A stretch of 64,000 bases of DNA from Eledone cirrhosa (GCA_964016885.1 OZ024766.1:11470001-11534000), one strand, 5' to 3'. Positions 17,615 to 30,662 are shown, counted from the stretch's first letter. Notes: a model not told the origin generated them from the sequence alone. Made by a program: numbers and translations.

Positions 17615-18873
17615 ATCAAAAGGCCTTAAAATTAACTTGTCTAAGACTAAAGTTCTAGTATGTAGGAAGGAAAATAGGGTACTGGTCCCCTCTAGGAAAT
17701 GGCCATGCTCAGTGTGTAGGAAAGGAGTCGGCAGAAACTCCATTTTATGTCCCAAATGCAAAGTATGGGTGCATAAAAGATGTAGTGGGATCACAGGTAA
17801 ACTAACTAAGAATATAGATTTTATATGTGGCTGGTGCTCAGGTGCAATAAGTCGCAGCAAGTGCCCACAGGATACTAGCTACTTCCATTGCGCAGATGGT
17901 TCTATAGAAATAGTGGACACCTTCCGTTACCTGGGTGACAAAATCAGCAGTGGTGGAGGGTGCTCTGAAAGTACAGTAGCTAGAGTCAGAATGGCATGGA
18001 AAAAGTTCAGAGAGCTTATACCACTATTGGCCGCTAAAGGGTTCTCTCTGAAAATGAAAGGCAGGCTGTATGATGCCTGCATACGAACAGCAATGTTACA
18101 TGGCAGTGAGACATGGGCATTGCGTGCAGAGGACCTGCGTAGACTGGAAAGGAACGAAGCATGCATGCTCCGTTGGATGTGTAATAGTAACATACGTGAA
18201 CGGCAAAGCATAAATGAACTAAGTGAGAAATTAGAAATAAGAGGGATCAAATGTTGTTTACTCGAGAGAAGACTACGTTGGTATGGTCACGTGATGCGCA
18301 TGAAAGACGACAGCTGTATAAAAAAGTGCAGGGCGATCAAAATAGATGGTAGTTACGGAGTCGGTAGACCCAGAAAAACCTGGGACGACTTGATAAATTT
18401 CGACCTCACACACTTACACCTCTCCAAGACAATGTCACTGGACCGAGATCTTTGGCGCTACACAGTAATACAGAAGACCCGCCTTGCCTAAGTACAAAGC
18501 ACCTCTTAACCAAAATACACTGCTGTCCCACTACCCCCACCCCCACCCCCATCTACACCACTCCTTCCGATGTAAAGTTGTGTTGGTACCACAGTGTTGG
18601 TACCACAACATCCAGTCCTAAACAAATGAGATCGTGTAAGTGTCACGACAAAAAAAACACACAGTCCACACTGTAATGTGGCCGTGTAGGTAACATGGTA
18701 AAAACCTCCCAGTCCACACTGTAAACGTGGTTGGTGTTAGGAAGGGCATCCAGCCTTCGAAAACCCGCCAGACAGTCCTGTACGAGCAAGACAACCAATC
18801 TTACGTCAAGTGGGACAATTCCCGTCTAAACCCATGCAAGCGTGGAAGATGGACATTAAACGATGATGATGAT
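17615..18873 (+). mobile_element. 5'-truncated RTE-clade LINE: ORF C-terminus plus 3' UTR
   Basis: GLKINLSKTK...FRYLG...LYDACIRTAMLHGSETW...RRLRWYGHVMRM...GRPRKTW motifs; stop at 18491; (GAT)n tail. Confidence 0.93.
17616..18491 (+). pseudogene. RTE reverse transcriptase C-terminal fragment with an embedded PHD-type finger
   Basis: Open frame of ~290 aa containing CSVC-x9-CPKC-x3-HKRC-x14-CGWC between the GLxIN and YLG motifs; the N-terminal ORF residues come from flanking microsatellite. Confidence 0.85.
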
Positions 18874-19060
18874 GTGTATGTATAAATGTAAATTTATATA
18901 TATATATATATATATACACACAAATATAATTCTTCGGCTCTGTTTAATTACATTGAGCTATATCTTATACTGTCATTTCTATAATATGAAGAGGGTGTTT
19001 AACTCCAACACACTCTAGTATTTTAATTCTTATATATATATATATATAGATATATATATA

Positions 19061-19458
19061 TTTCACGCTCAGAGTTGCTGAAGCATGGAACAAACTACCT
19101 GCGTCAATTGTTAGCTGCCGAGACACTGCATCCTTTAAGACACTCATGCTTCCCGAAATACGCCAAAACTACACCTGATGTGCCCCTTCCATACACATGC
19201 ACACATGTGTGCACTGTTCATTTTACTGATGTTTGTGCATTGCCCTTATGTACTGTACATGCACTTTTTTGATGGGTTGTGGTGCACCTGGGCACTGTGC
19301 ACAATATTTCATTATTGTTATTGTTATTATATCATGACTCATACACTGTTTATTTTCCTGACATTTGTACATTATTCTATGTACTATACATGCACCTTTG
19401 ATGAGTTGTAGTGCACCTGAGCACTGTACACAATAATTTCATTATTATTTTATTATTT
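19061..19458 (+). mobile_element. CR1-clade LINE 3' end
   Basis: FTLRVAEAWNKLPASIVSCRDTASFK, a typical CR1 ORF2 C-terminus; 3' UTR with duplicated GTGCACCTG(A/G)GCACTGT and an (ATT)n tail. Confidence 0.85.
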
Positions 19459-19490
19459 ATATACATACATACACACTAACACACACACAC

Positions 19491-19522
<32 letters not shown>

Positions 19523-19666
19523 CCAAAGTATCGTCTTCCTGTCTTCCTCCGGTTGCAATGTTTTTTTGAAATATCCAGTTCTGCGTTTACAGATTGACTT
19601 TGTTAGTTTCAGAAGATCCCGTTAAGGGTGAAAGCAGCGATTCTTTGCTTAAACTTTAATCTGTTA

Positions 19667-19720
<54 letters not shown>

Positions 19721-20108
19721 CACATATATATACATTCATTCTATAAACACAAACAGATCTCACATTGTACTTATATAAGACGTATGTTTTGTGTATTTTG
19801 GCTTAGAAATATGAAAATGTCCTCTATAGCCATAAAAACTATGAATTCAACTGGTCCAGGAATGTCATTCATTTATCCACTTACCTAACTTACCTGTATT
19901 AATTTGTCTTACCTGTATAGCTATATACCTGTCTCATAGACAGTATGCCACTGTCTGTGTCTGTCTGTATGTCTGTATGTCTGTCTGTTTATGTATATAC
20001 CTGTATTTTTTTGTTGTTGCTCTCTCTCTAACTTTCTGTCTAACTACCTATTTGTCCATGTAGATCTGTGTAGCTAATTCTCTCTCTCTCTCTCTCTTTC
20101 TCTCTCTC

Positions 20109-20141
<33 letters not shown>

Positions 20142-20177
20142 CATACATACCTACCTATACATATATACATACACATA

Positions 20178-20222
<45 letters not shown>

Positions 20223-20293
20223 CATGTGTGTGTTACAAGTAAAGTTTTCCGGCACACCGACCTCTGTGTATGACCAACAAACATCCATGACCG

Positions 20294-20329
<36 letters not shown>

Positions 20330-20390
20330 GCACATATATAGACATATATCTATATCTATATATATATATATATATACACACATATATATA

Positions 20391-20655
20391 TCATTATCAT
20401 TTAATGTCCATATTCCACACTTGCATGGGTCTGGACGGCAGTTTTCCCACTTGAGGCAAGATTGGTTGTCTTGCTCGCATAGGACTGTCTGGCGGGTTTT
20501 CAAAGGCTGGATGCCCTTCCTAACACCAACCACGTTTACAGTGTGGACTGGGAGGTTTTTACCGTGTTACCTACATGGCCACATTACAGCGTGGACTGTG
20601 TTTTTTTCTCGTGACACCTACACGACCTCATTTATTTAGGACTGGATGTTGTGAT
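20391..20655 (-). mobile_element. RTE 3' UTR fragment
   Basis: Reverse complement of ~18605-18873. Confidence 0.85.
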
Positions 20656-20671
20656 ATACTTACATATATAT

Positions 20672-20712
<41 letters not shown>

Positions 20713-20717
<5 letters not shown>

Positions 20718-20781
20718 CGGAGGGAAAGTGGTAAGGAACCAGATGGACCATAACGCACCATACTTAGGGTAGTAGAGTGTT
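20713..20781 (-). mobile_element. 3' tail fragment of hammerhead family C element
   Basis: GTGGTAAGGAACCAGATGGACCATAA..CACCA..TACTTAGGG shared with 49493-49570. Confidence 0.6.
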
Positions 20782-20849
20782 GATTTAAAACTGCACTATT
20801 CACAAGTGTTTTTTAACCTTCATATCATGTCTCCCTATTTTATCTGATG

Positions 20850-22215
20850 AAACAAATTCTGTGAAAATTCTGTAAAAAATTCTGTAAAAATTCTCAGAAC
20901 TTTCTCGAAAATTTATCACCACCACCATCACCAGGACCAACATCATCGTCATCATCATCATCTCAATCATGTTCTGATGGTAATTTTCAACCCCACCGCA
21001 TGCTGTGAAAAATCCCGTAAAAAATTTTGGAAGAATCTGAAAAATTCTGTTAAAAATCTGGAAAAATTCACTTAAAAATCTGTATGAATTCTATAAAAAT
21101 CCCTCCCGTAAAAATTCTGTAAACATTACGTAAAAATTTCATAAAAGTTCTGTGAAAATTCTTAGAAAACTTTCAAAAATTTACCACCACCACAACCAAC
21201 ATCATCATCATCAGCATCTGATGGTAATTTGTCACTCGCTATCAGTGAAAATTCTGGAAAAAATCTGTAAAAAAACCTATAGAGAACCTGTAAAAATTCT
21301 ATTAAAATCCCTAAAAATTCAGTGAAAAATCCATTAAAATTCAGTAAAAATTCTGTTAAAAATCTGTAAAAATTCCATAAAAATTCTCAGAACCCTCAAG
21401 AAAAATTGTCACCCTCTACCTGTGAAAATTCTGGAAAAAATCTGTAAAAAAAAACCTATGTAGAACCTGTAAAAATTTTATTCAAATCCCTAAAAATTAA
21501 GTGAAAAATCCATTAAAATTCTGTAAAAATTCTGTTAAAAATCTCTAAAAATTCCATAAAAATTCTCAGAACCCTCTAGAAAAATTGTCACCCCCTACCT
21601 GTGAAAATTCTGGAAAAAATCTGTAAAAAAAACCTATGGAGAACCTGTAAAAATTTTATTCAAATCCCTAAAAATTAAGTGAAAAATCCATTAAAATTCT
21701 GTAAAAATTCTGTTAAAAATCTGTAAAAATTCCATAAAAATTCTCAGAACCCTCTAGAAAAATTGTCACCCCCTACCTGTGAAAATTCTGGGAAAATCTG
21801 TAAAAAAAACCTATGGAGAACCTGTAAAAATTCTATTAAAAATTACTAAAAATGCTGTAAAAATAATCCATTAAAATTCTGTTAAAAATCCATAAAAATT
21901 CCATAAAAATTCTCAGAACCCTCTAGAAAAATTGTCACCCCCTACCTGTGAAAATTCTGGGAAAAATCTGTAAAAAAAACCAATGGAGAACCTGTAAAAA
22001 TTCTATTAAAAATTACTAAAAATGCTGTTAATATAATCCATTAAAATTCTGTAAAAATTCTGTTAAAAATCCATAAAAATTCCATTAAAATTCTCAGAAC
22101 CCTCCAGAAAATTTACCACCACCACCACCAGGACCAAAACCATCATCATCATCATCTGATGGTAGTTTGACCCCTCTCCCCATCCCTACCCTGTGGAAAT
22201 TCTCAAAACTTTCCA
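20850..22215. repeat. A-tract satellite: ~12-bp AAAAATTCTGT subunits in a ~170-180-bp higher-order repeat
   Basis: AAATTGTCACCC(C/T)CTACCTGTGAAAATTCTGG recurs at ~21404, 21583, 21761 and 21929. Confidence 0.85.
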
Positions 22216-22379
22216 GAATATTTGAAGCCCAACCTTGAAATATTTAGTAAGAGGTGATGTTGGCCATAATTACTTGAGGCACGGTGGCAGTTAGTAATTA
22301 TACTGGCTTTTTATGTGTAATGATATATATATATATGTATATATGTATATATATATACACACACATGTATGTGTGTGTC

Positions 22380-22411
<32 letters not shown>

Positions 22412-22486
22412 CACATATATATATATATATCATTACACAAACACATACACACTCATATATATATGGGTGTGTATGTGTCTGTGTAA

Positions 22487-22545
<59 letters not shown>

Positions 22546-22565
22546 CACACATGTATGTGTGTGTC

Positions 22566-22615
<50 letters not shown>

Positions 22616-22673
22616 TATATATATATCATTACACAGACACATACACACTCATATATATATGGGTGTGTATGTA

Positions 22674-22719
<46 letters not shown>

Positions 22720-22739
22720 CACACATGTATGTGTGTGTC

Positions 22740-22783
<44 letters not shown>

Positions 22784-22851
22784 TATATATATATCATTAC
22801 ACAGACACATACACACTCATATATATATGGGTGTGTATGTGCGTGTATGTA

Positions 22852-22882
<31 letters not shown>

Positions 22883-22961
22883 GGGTGTGGATGTGTGTGT
22901 CTGTGTATATATATATATATATACACATATATATATATATCATTAGACGCACACATACACA

Positions 22962-23009
<48 letters not shown>

Positions 23010-23025
23010 TATATATTATATATAT

Positions 23026-23101
23026 GGTGGGTCAAGTATGAAATTTGTAGAAATTTGTTAAACAAAAATCAAATTTCTACAAATTTCATACTTGACCCAC
23101 C
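23026..23101. mobile_element. 76-bp hairpin/MITE-like element inside (TA)n
   Basis: GGTGGGTCAAGTATGAAATTTGTAGAAATTTG and its perfect reverse complement (32 bp) separated by a 12-bp spacer. Confidence 0.6.
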
Positions 23102-23148
23102 ATATATATATACATATATATATATTTCTATATATATATATTTATATA

Positions 23149-23215
<67 letters not shown>

Positions 23216-23236
23216 CTATATATTTCTATATATATA

Positions 23237-23397
<161 letters not shown>

Positions 23398-23475
23398 ATA
23401 TATAATCTGGGTGTGTAGATATATATGTGTGTGTGTGTTGTATATATTGACAGATAGACAAACAGACAGATAGAA

Positions 23476-23530
<55 letters not shown>

Positions 23531-23846
23531 AAGATAGATAGACAAATAGACAGACAGAAAGACTGACTGATAACATAATTTGATGAAGGCGTGTTGTTGC
23601 ATAGATACATAGATACTGGTCAGTCCCCCCCCCCCCCTGCACCCTGGCAATACTGTCTCGACCATCCCCTTGGAAGTATGTGACCACAGACACCACACCT
23701 CACAAGCTCACAGCAACCACACTACCACCACACGACCTCACCACCACCAAACCACCTTACGTTCGTACCACCCCCACCCTGCTTCACACCGCTTCACTCA
23801 CATCTATTATGAATAGCCTAATGACCCTGTGCCATCAATAATCGTT

Positions 23847-25990
23847 GTGTGGACTGGGTCCTTTTTATCATGATAAAAAGGACCCAGTCCACACTGTAAA
23901 GTGGTCATGTAGGTGCCATGATAAAAAGGACCCAGTCCACACTGTAAAGTGGTCATGTAGGTGCCATGATAAAAAGGACCCAGTCCACACTGTAAAGTGG
24001 TCATGTAGGTGTCATGATAAAAAGGACCCAGTCCACACTGTAAAGTGGTCATGTAGGTGCCATGATAAAAAGGACCCAGTCCACACTGTAAAGTGGTCAT
24101 GTAGGTGTCATGACAATAACCACCCAGTCCACACTGTAAAGTGGTCATGTAGGTGTCACCATGATAACAAACACCCAGTCCACACTGTAAAGTGGTCATG
24201 TAGGTGTCACGACAAAAAGACACCCAGTCCACACTGTAAAGTGGTCATGTAGGTGTCATGATAAAAAGGACCCTGTCCACACTGTAAAGTGGTCATGTAG
24301 GTGTCACAACAAAAAGCACCCAGTCCACACTGTAAAGTGGTCATGTAGGTGTCACAACAAAAAGCACCCAGTCCACACTGTAAAGTGGTCATGTAGGTGT
24401 CTCAACAAAAAGATACCCAGTCCACACTGTAAAGTGGTCATGTAGGTGTCACAACAAAAAGCACCCAGTCCACACTGTAAGGTGGTCATGTAGGTGTCAT
24501 AACAAAAAGACACCCAGTCCACACTGTAAAGTGGTCATGTAGGTGTCACAACAAAAAGCACCCAGTCCACACTGTAAGGTGGTCATGTAGGTGTCATAAC
24601 AAAAAGACACCCAGTCCACACTGTAAAGTGGTCATGTAGGTGTCACAACAAAAAGTACCCAGTCCACACTGTAAAGTGGTCATGTAGGTGTCTCAACAAA
24701 AAGATACCCAGTCCACACTGTAAAGTGGTCATATAGGTGTCATGACAAAAAGGAACCCAGTCCACACTGTAAAGTGGTCGTGTAGGTGTCATAACAAAAA
24801 GACACCCAGTCCACACTATAAAGTGGTCATGTAGGTGTCACAGCAAAAAGGAACCCAGTCCACACTGTAAAGTGGTCATGTAGGTGTCATGACAAAAAGC
24901 ACCCAGTCCACACTGTAAAGTGGTCATGTAGGTGTCATAACAAAAACCACCCAGTCCACACTGTAAAGTGGTCATGTAGGTATCATGACAAAAAGCATCC
25001 AGTCCACACTGTAAAGTGGTCATGTAGGTGTCATGATAAAAAGCACCCAGTCCACACTGTAAAGAGGTCATGTAGGTGTCATAACAAAAAGACACCCAGT
25101 GCACACTGTAAAGAGGTCATGTAGGTGCCATGATAAAAAGGACCCAGTCCACACTGTAAAGTGGTCATGTAGGTGTCATGATAAAAAGCACCCAGTCCAC
25201 ACTGTAAAGTGGTCATGTAGGTGTCACGACAAAAAGCACCCAGTCCACACTGTAAAGAGGTCATGTAGGTGTCACAACAAAAAGCACCCAGTCCACACTG
25301 TAAAGAGGTCATGTAGGTGTCACAACAAAAAGCACCCAGTCCACACTGTAAAGTGGTCATGTAGGTGTCACGACAAAAAGCACCCAGTCCACACTGTAAA
25401 GAGGTCATGTAGGTGTCATAACAAAAAGCATCCAGTCCACACTGTAAAGAGGTCATGTAGGTGTCATAACAAAAAGACATCCAGTCCACACTGTAAAGAG
25501 GTCATGTAGGTGTCACGACAAAAAGCACCCAGTCCACACTGTAAAGTGGTCATGTAGGTGTCACAACAAAAAGCACCCAGTCCACACTGTAAAGTGGTCA
25601 TCATAGGTGTCACGACAAAAAGCATCCAGTCCACACTGTAAAGTGGTCATGTAGGTGTCATAACAAAAAGCATCCAGTCCACACTGTAAAGTGGTCTTGT
25701 AGATGCCACGATAAAAAGCACCCAGTCCACACTGTAAAGTGGTCATGTAGGTGACACAACAAAAAACACCCAGTCCACACTGTAAAGTGGTCACGTTGGT
25801 GTCATAACAAAAAACACCCAGTCCACACTGTAAAGTGGTCATGTAGGTGTCACAACAAAAAGCACGCAGTACACACTGTAAATGAGGTTGGTGTTAGGAA
25901 GGGCATCCAGCTGTAGAAATCAAGCCAGAATCAGTTCCCGTCCCACCCTTGCAAGCAGGGAAAAGCGGACGTAAAATGATGATGATGATG
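23847..25990 (+). repeat. 48-bp tandem array (~41 copies) ending in the CORE-SINE/RTE tail
   Basis: Unit CCCAGTCCACACTGTAAAGTGGTCATGTAGGTGTCACAACAAAAAGCA (reverse complement of the 14.5-kb unit); 25875-25990 matches 8525-8640; starts with a perfect palindrome at 23847-23894. Confidence 0.95.
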
Positions 25991-26078
25991 ATACATATAT
26001 ATATATTTGGATCTATATATGTATATGGATATATGTATGTATATATATATATAGATATATATATGTATGTATGTATAT

Positions 26079-26124
<46 letters not shown>

Positions 26125-26314
26125 ATGTATGTATATGGATATATATATATATATATGTGTATGTATATATGTATATATGTGTGTATGTATGTAAATATGT
26201 GTGTATGTGTGTATATATATATGTGTGTATGTATGTATATGGATATATATATGTATGTATATGGATATATATATATATATGTATATGGATATATATATAT
26301 ATGTATGTATATGG

Positions 26315-26348
<34 letters not shown>

Positions 26349-26400
26349 GGATATATATATATATGTATATATATATATGTGTGTGTATATATATATCCAT

Positions 26401-26483
<83 letters not shown>

Positions 26484-26490
26484 TGTATAT

Positions 26491-26530
<40 letters not shown>

Positions 26531-26907
26531 ACATGCATACACACACACACACATAAATATATATATGCATATATATAAATATATACATATATATATAAAA
26601 GAGAGAAGCTAGTCTTTTGTTGAGCTATTTAAGAAGAAGAAAGAAAAATAAACAAACAACAAAAGAAAAAAATATAATAAAAACAAAGAATTATATTATG
26701 TTTAGTTTGAAAGTAGGACATTGCTGGTATTTGTCGTAATATTATATGGAAGGTAGGGTGTATATATATATATACATACCTTATATAAATATATATACAT
26801 ACCTTATATATACACCTTCATATATGTATAAATGTATCTATATATATATATATATATATATATAGATATATGTGTGTGTATATATAAGTGTGTGTGTGTA
26901 TTTATAT

Positions 26908-27097
26908 ATCATCATCATCATTTAACGTCCATCTGCCACGCTTGCATGGGTTTGGACGGGAGTTTTCCCACTTAAGGCAAGAGTGGTTGTCTTGCTCGCA
27001 TAGGACTGTCTGGCGGGTTTTCTACAACTGGATGCCCTTCCTAACACCAACCACGTTTACAGTGTGGGACTGGGAGGTTTTTACCTTGTTACCTACA
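26908..27097 (-). mobile_element. RTE 3' UTR fragment
   Basis: (CAT)n TTTAACGTCC...GGATGCCCTTCCTAACACCAACC. Confidence 0.8.
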
Positions 27098-27129
27098 CAT
27101 AGATGTGTATATATATATATATATATATA

Positions 27130-27726
27130 TCATCATCATCATCATTTCATTTTACGTCCACTTTTCCCTGCTTGCAAGGGTGGGACGGGAACTGATTCTG
27201 GTTTGATTTCTACAGCTGGATGCCCTTCCTAACACCAACCTCATTTACAGTGAGTGCTGGGTGCTTTTTTGCCATGGCACCTCCACGACCACTTTACAGT
27301 GGAATGATAGGGACCCCAGTCCCTATCATCTCATTTCTACAGCTGGATGCCCTTCCTAACACCAACCTCATTTACAGTGAGTGCTGGGTGCTTTTTTGCC
27401 ATGGCACCTCCACGACCACTTTACAGTGGAATGATAGGGACCCCAGTCCCTATCATCTCATTTCTACAGCTGGATGCCCTTCCTAACACCAACCTCATTT
27501 ACAGTGAGTGCTGGGTGCTTTTTTGCCGTGGCACCTCCACGACCACTTTACAGTGGAATGATAGGGACCCCAGTCCCTATCATCTCATTTCTACAGCTGA
27601 GTAAACTGGAGCAATGTGAAATAAAGTGTCTTGCTCAAGGAAACAACACATCACCCGGTCTGAGAATTGAACTCACAACCTTTCGATTGCAAGGCCAATG
27701 CTCTAACCACGATGCCATGTGCCTCC
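27130..27726 (-). mobile_element. CORE-type SINE with an internal 127-bp segment in three copies
   Basis: Reverse complement of 8303-8640; the repeated segment is bounded by ATTTCTACAGCTG. Confidence 0.9.
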
Positions 27727-27924
27727 ATTATCTCAAAGAGTTTCCATGGATGGTTAAAGAAACCCCGTTTTTTTAAACACTTCAAAAGGCATGCTTGCTG
27801 GGAACAGCAAGAACCCTCCGATACGTCCTGAATGTTTGGGGCTGCAGGTAGCGACTTGATATTCATTTCAAAAAACTTTCCAGTTAAATAACATCAATGA
27901 CTGAGACTCAAAGAACGATAATAA

Positions 27925-28890
27925 TAATAATTGTTTCTACTTTAGACACAAGGCCAGTAATTACCCAGTGCATTACTGGTACTTTTATTTTATCGACCCC
28001 GTAAGGATGTAAGGCAAAGTCAACCTCGGCGGGATTTGAACTCAGATCGTAAAGGGACGTAACTATGCTGGAAAGCATGGCGTCCGACCCTCTACCGATA
28101 CTGCCAATCCACCATAATAAATGTTTCTACTTTAGGCACAAGGCCAGTAAATACCCAGTGCATTACTGGTACTTTTATTTTATCGACTCCGTAAGGATGA
28201 AAGGCAAAGTTAACCTCAGCGGGATTTGAACTCAGATCGTAAAGGGACGTAACTATGCTGGAAAGCATGGCGTCCGACCCTCTACCGATACTGCCAATCC
28301 ACCATAATAAATGTTTCTACTTTAGGCACAAGGCCAGTAAATACCCAGTGCATTACTGGTACTTTTATTTTATCGACTCCGTAAGGATGAAAGGCAAAGT
28401 TAACCTCAGCGGGATTTGAACTCAGATCGTAAAGGGACGTAACTATGCTGGAAAGCATGGCGTCCGACCCTCTACCGATACTGCCAATCCACCATAATAA
28501 ATGTTTCTACTTTAGGCACAAGGCCAGTAAATACCCAGTGCATTACTGGTACTTTTATTTTATCGACTCCGTAAGGATGAAAGGCAAAGTTAACCTCAGC
28601 GGGATTTGAACTCAGATCGTAAAGGGACGTAACTATGTGTCAAAGCATGGCATCCGACCCTCTCCCGATTCTGCCAATCCACCATAATAACTGTTTCTAC
28701 TTTAGGCACAAGGCCAGCAATTACCCCAGTGCATTACTGGTACTTTTATTTTATCGACCCCGTAAGGATGAAAGGCAAAGTTAACCTCGGCGGGATTTGA
28801 ACTCAGAATGGCAAGGGCCGTAACTCTATGCGTCAAAGCATGGCGTCCGACCCTCTACCGATACTGCCAATCCACCATAATAATAATAAT
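27925..28890 (-). mobile_element. Five head-to-tail full-length Meta/OK-type tRNA SINEs (190-bp period)
   Basis: ACCATAATAA at 28111, 28301, 28491, 28681; minus strand A box TGGCAGTATCGG, B box GAGTTCAAATCC, central CTTTGCCTTTCATCCTTACGG(G/A)GTCGATAAAAT...GTACCAG. The family name is from memory. Confidence 0.88.
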
Positions 28891-29106
28891 GAGAAGGGCA
28901 TTATCAATTTAAAAACCTTGCAAATACATTTACTGTTGTTTGCGCCCTTGTGGAATCATTTGAATGACAACTGATTGTAAAATGTGTGGATTATCAAATT
29001 TTGCCTCAAGTGTCACATTGACACTTGCCATGATTTGGGGGAAAGAAGTAGAATTCAAATGAAGTTTCAAATTGTGGGTATGGTGTGGTGTGCGGTGGCC
29101 GGGTAT

Positions 29107-29205
29107 AAATAATTGTTTCTACTTTTGGCACAAGGCCAGCAATTAACCAGTACATTACTGGCACTTTATTTTATCGACCCCGTAAGGATGAACGGCAAAG
29201 TTAAA
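29107..29205 (-). mobile_element. 5'-truncated Meta/OK-type SINE
   Basis: Same sequence as the 3' half of the 190-bp unit. Confidence 0.8.
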
Positions 29206-29209
29206 CCTT

Positions 29210-29272
29210 TGAAATTATTGTGTACAGTGCTCAGGTGGACTAGAACTCATCAAAGGTGCATGTATAGTATAG
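29210..29272 (-). mobile_element. CR1 3' tail fragment
   Basis: Reverse complement of ~19375-19442. Confidence 0.7.
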
Positions 29273-29399
29273 GGTTCTTATATATTTGATATATATTTAT
29301 CCTTATCGAGCCTCGTGAAATAAATACGTTTGTTTATATTTTGTTATTGTGTATGCAAAAATATCTGTACAATTATCTGTATAATTATATATATATATA

Positions 29400-29867
29400 T
29401 CATCATCATCATTTCATTTTACGTCCGCTTTTTCCCTGCTTGCAAGGGTGGGACGGGAACTGGTTTTGGCTTGATTTCTACAGCTGGATGCCCTTCCTAA
29501 CACCAACCTCATTTACAGTGAGTGCTGGGTGCTTTTTTGCCGTGGATCCTCCACGACCACTTTGCAGTGGAATGATAGGGACCCCAGTCCCTATCATCTC
29601 ATTTCTACAGCTGGATGCCCTTCCTAACACCAACCTCATTTACAGTGAGTGCTGGGTGCTTATTTGCCGTGGCACCTCCACGACCACTTTGCAGTGGAAT
29701 GATAGGGACCCCAGTCCCTATCATCTCATTTCTACAGCTGAGTAAACTGGAACAATGTGAAATAAAGTGTCTTGCTCAAGGAAACAACACATCACCCGGT
29801 CTGAGAATTGAACTCACAACCTTTCGATTGCAAGTCCAATGCTCTAACCACCAAGCCATGTGCCTCC
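29400..29867 (-). mobile_element. CORE-type SINE with the 127-bp segment in two copies
   Basis: Same structure as 27130-27726 with one fewer unit. Confidence 0.9.
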
Positions 29868-30135
29868 ATCTCTCTATATATATATATACGGGGTAACAAA
29901 TTATTGTTATAGGTAGTACACTTAGGTGTAGTCCAGTTATGGTACTCCGGGTAGTGGATGATATCAACGCTTGGCTAAGTTTGACAGATATACTATACTT
30001 CCCACCTAGATTGATGTTGTGGTTATTTCAAATAATTTATTGCTAGCATTGTTAGTATTGTTGTTATTGTTCTGATTGAATGCCATTACTACTATATATA
30101 GAAGCCATGCCTGTGTATTCCCCTCATTCTCACAA

Positions 30136-30241
30136 GCTCTGATGAATTGACTGGTTACAACTATGTATTGGTGATCGAATGACACGAAAACAAGCGGGTA
30201 GCGATCTCTAGACCTACCAGTTCAGAGAAACAATTGTCAGC
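30136..30241 (+). ncRNA. Type-I hammerhead with an extended stem II (singleton)
   Basis: GCT-CTGATGA-(TGACTGGT...ACCAGTTCA)-GAAA-C-AATT-G-TC-AGC; palindromic AATT loop 3, GUC triplet, ATTAAA just downstream. Confidence 0.55.
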
Positions 30242-30300
30242 AATGAGATTAAAAACCTTTTTTGTATAGCAAACCGTGTCACTCTTCTTTCCTGATTTAT

Positions 30301-30340
<40 letters not shown>

Positions 30341-30443
30341 AATATATATAAATATATAAATATATATATATAAATATATATAAATATATATAAATATATA
30401 TAAATATATATAAATATATATAAATATATATATATATATATAA

Positions 30444-30494
<51 letters not shown>

Positions 30495-30529
30495 TATATA
30501 AATATATATATATATATAAATATATATAA

Positions 30530-30577
<48 letters not shown>

Positions 30578-30662
30578 AGTCCCTTATCAGGGGCTCATTT
30601 TATAACATGTTATCCATGTGCAACCAGCAGTATTCTTCTCACCCATATTTTCATATATATAT

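Noticed and set aside
19524-19662. Possible minus-strand exon bounded by AG and GT
   Set aside because: All three frames contain stops and the acceptor lacks a polypyrimidine tract.
27735-27920. Short unique island with small ORFs on both strands
   Set aside because: No recognisable motif or convincing splice sites.
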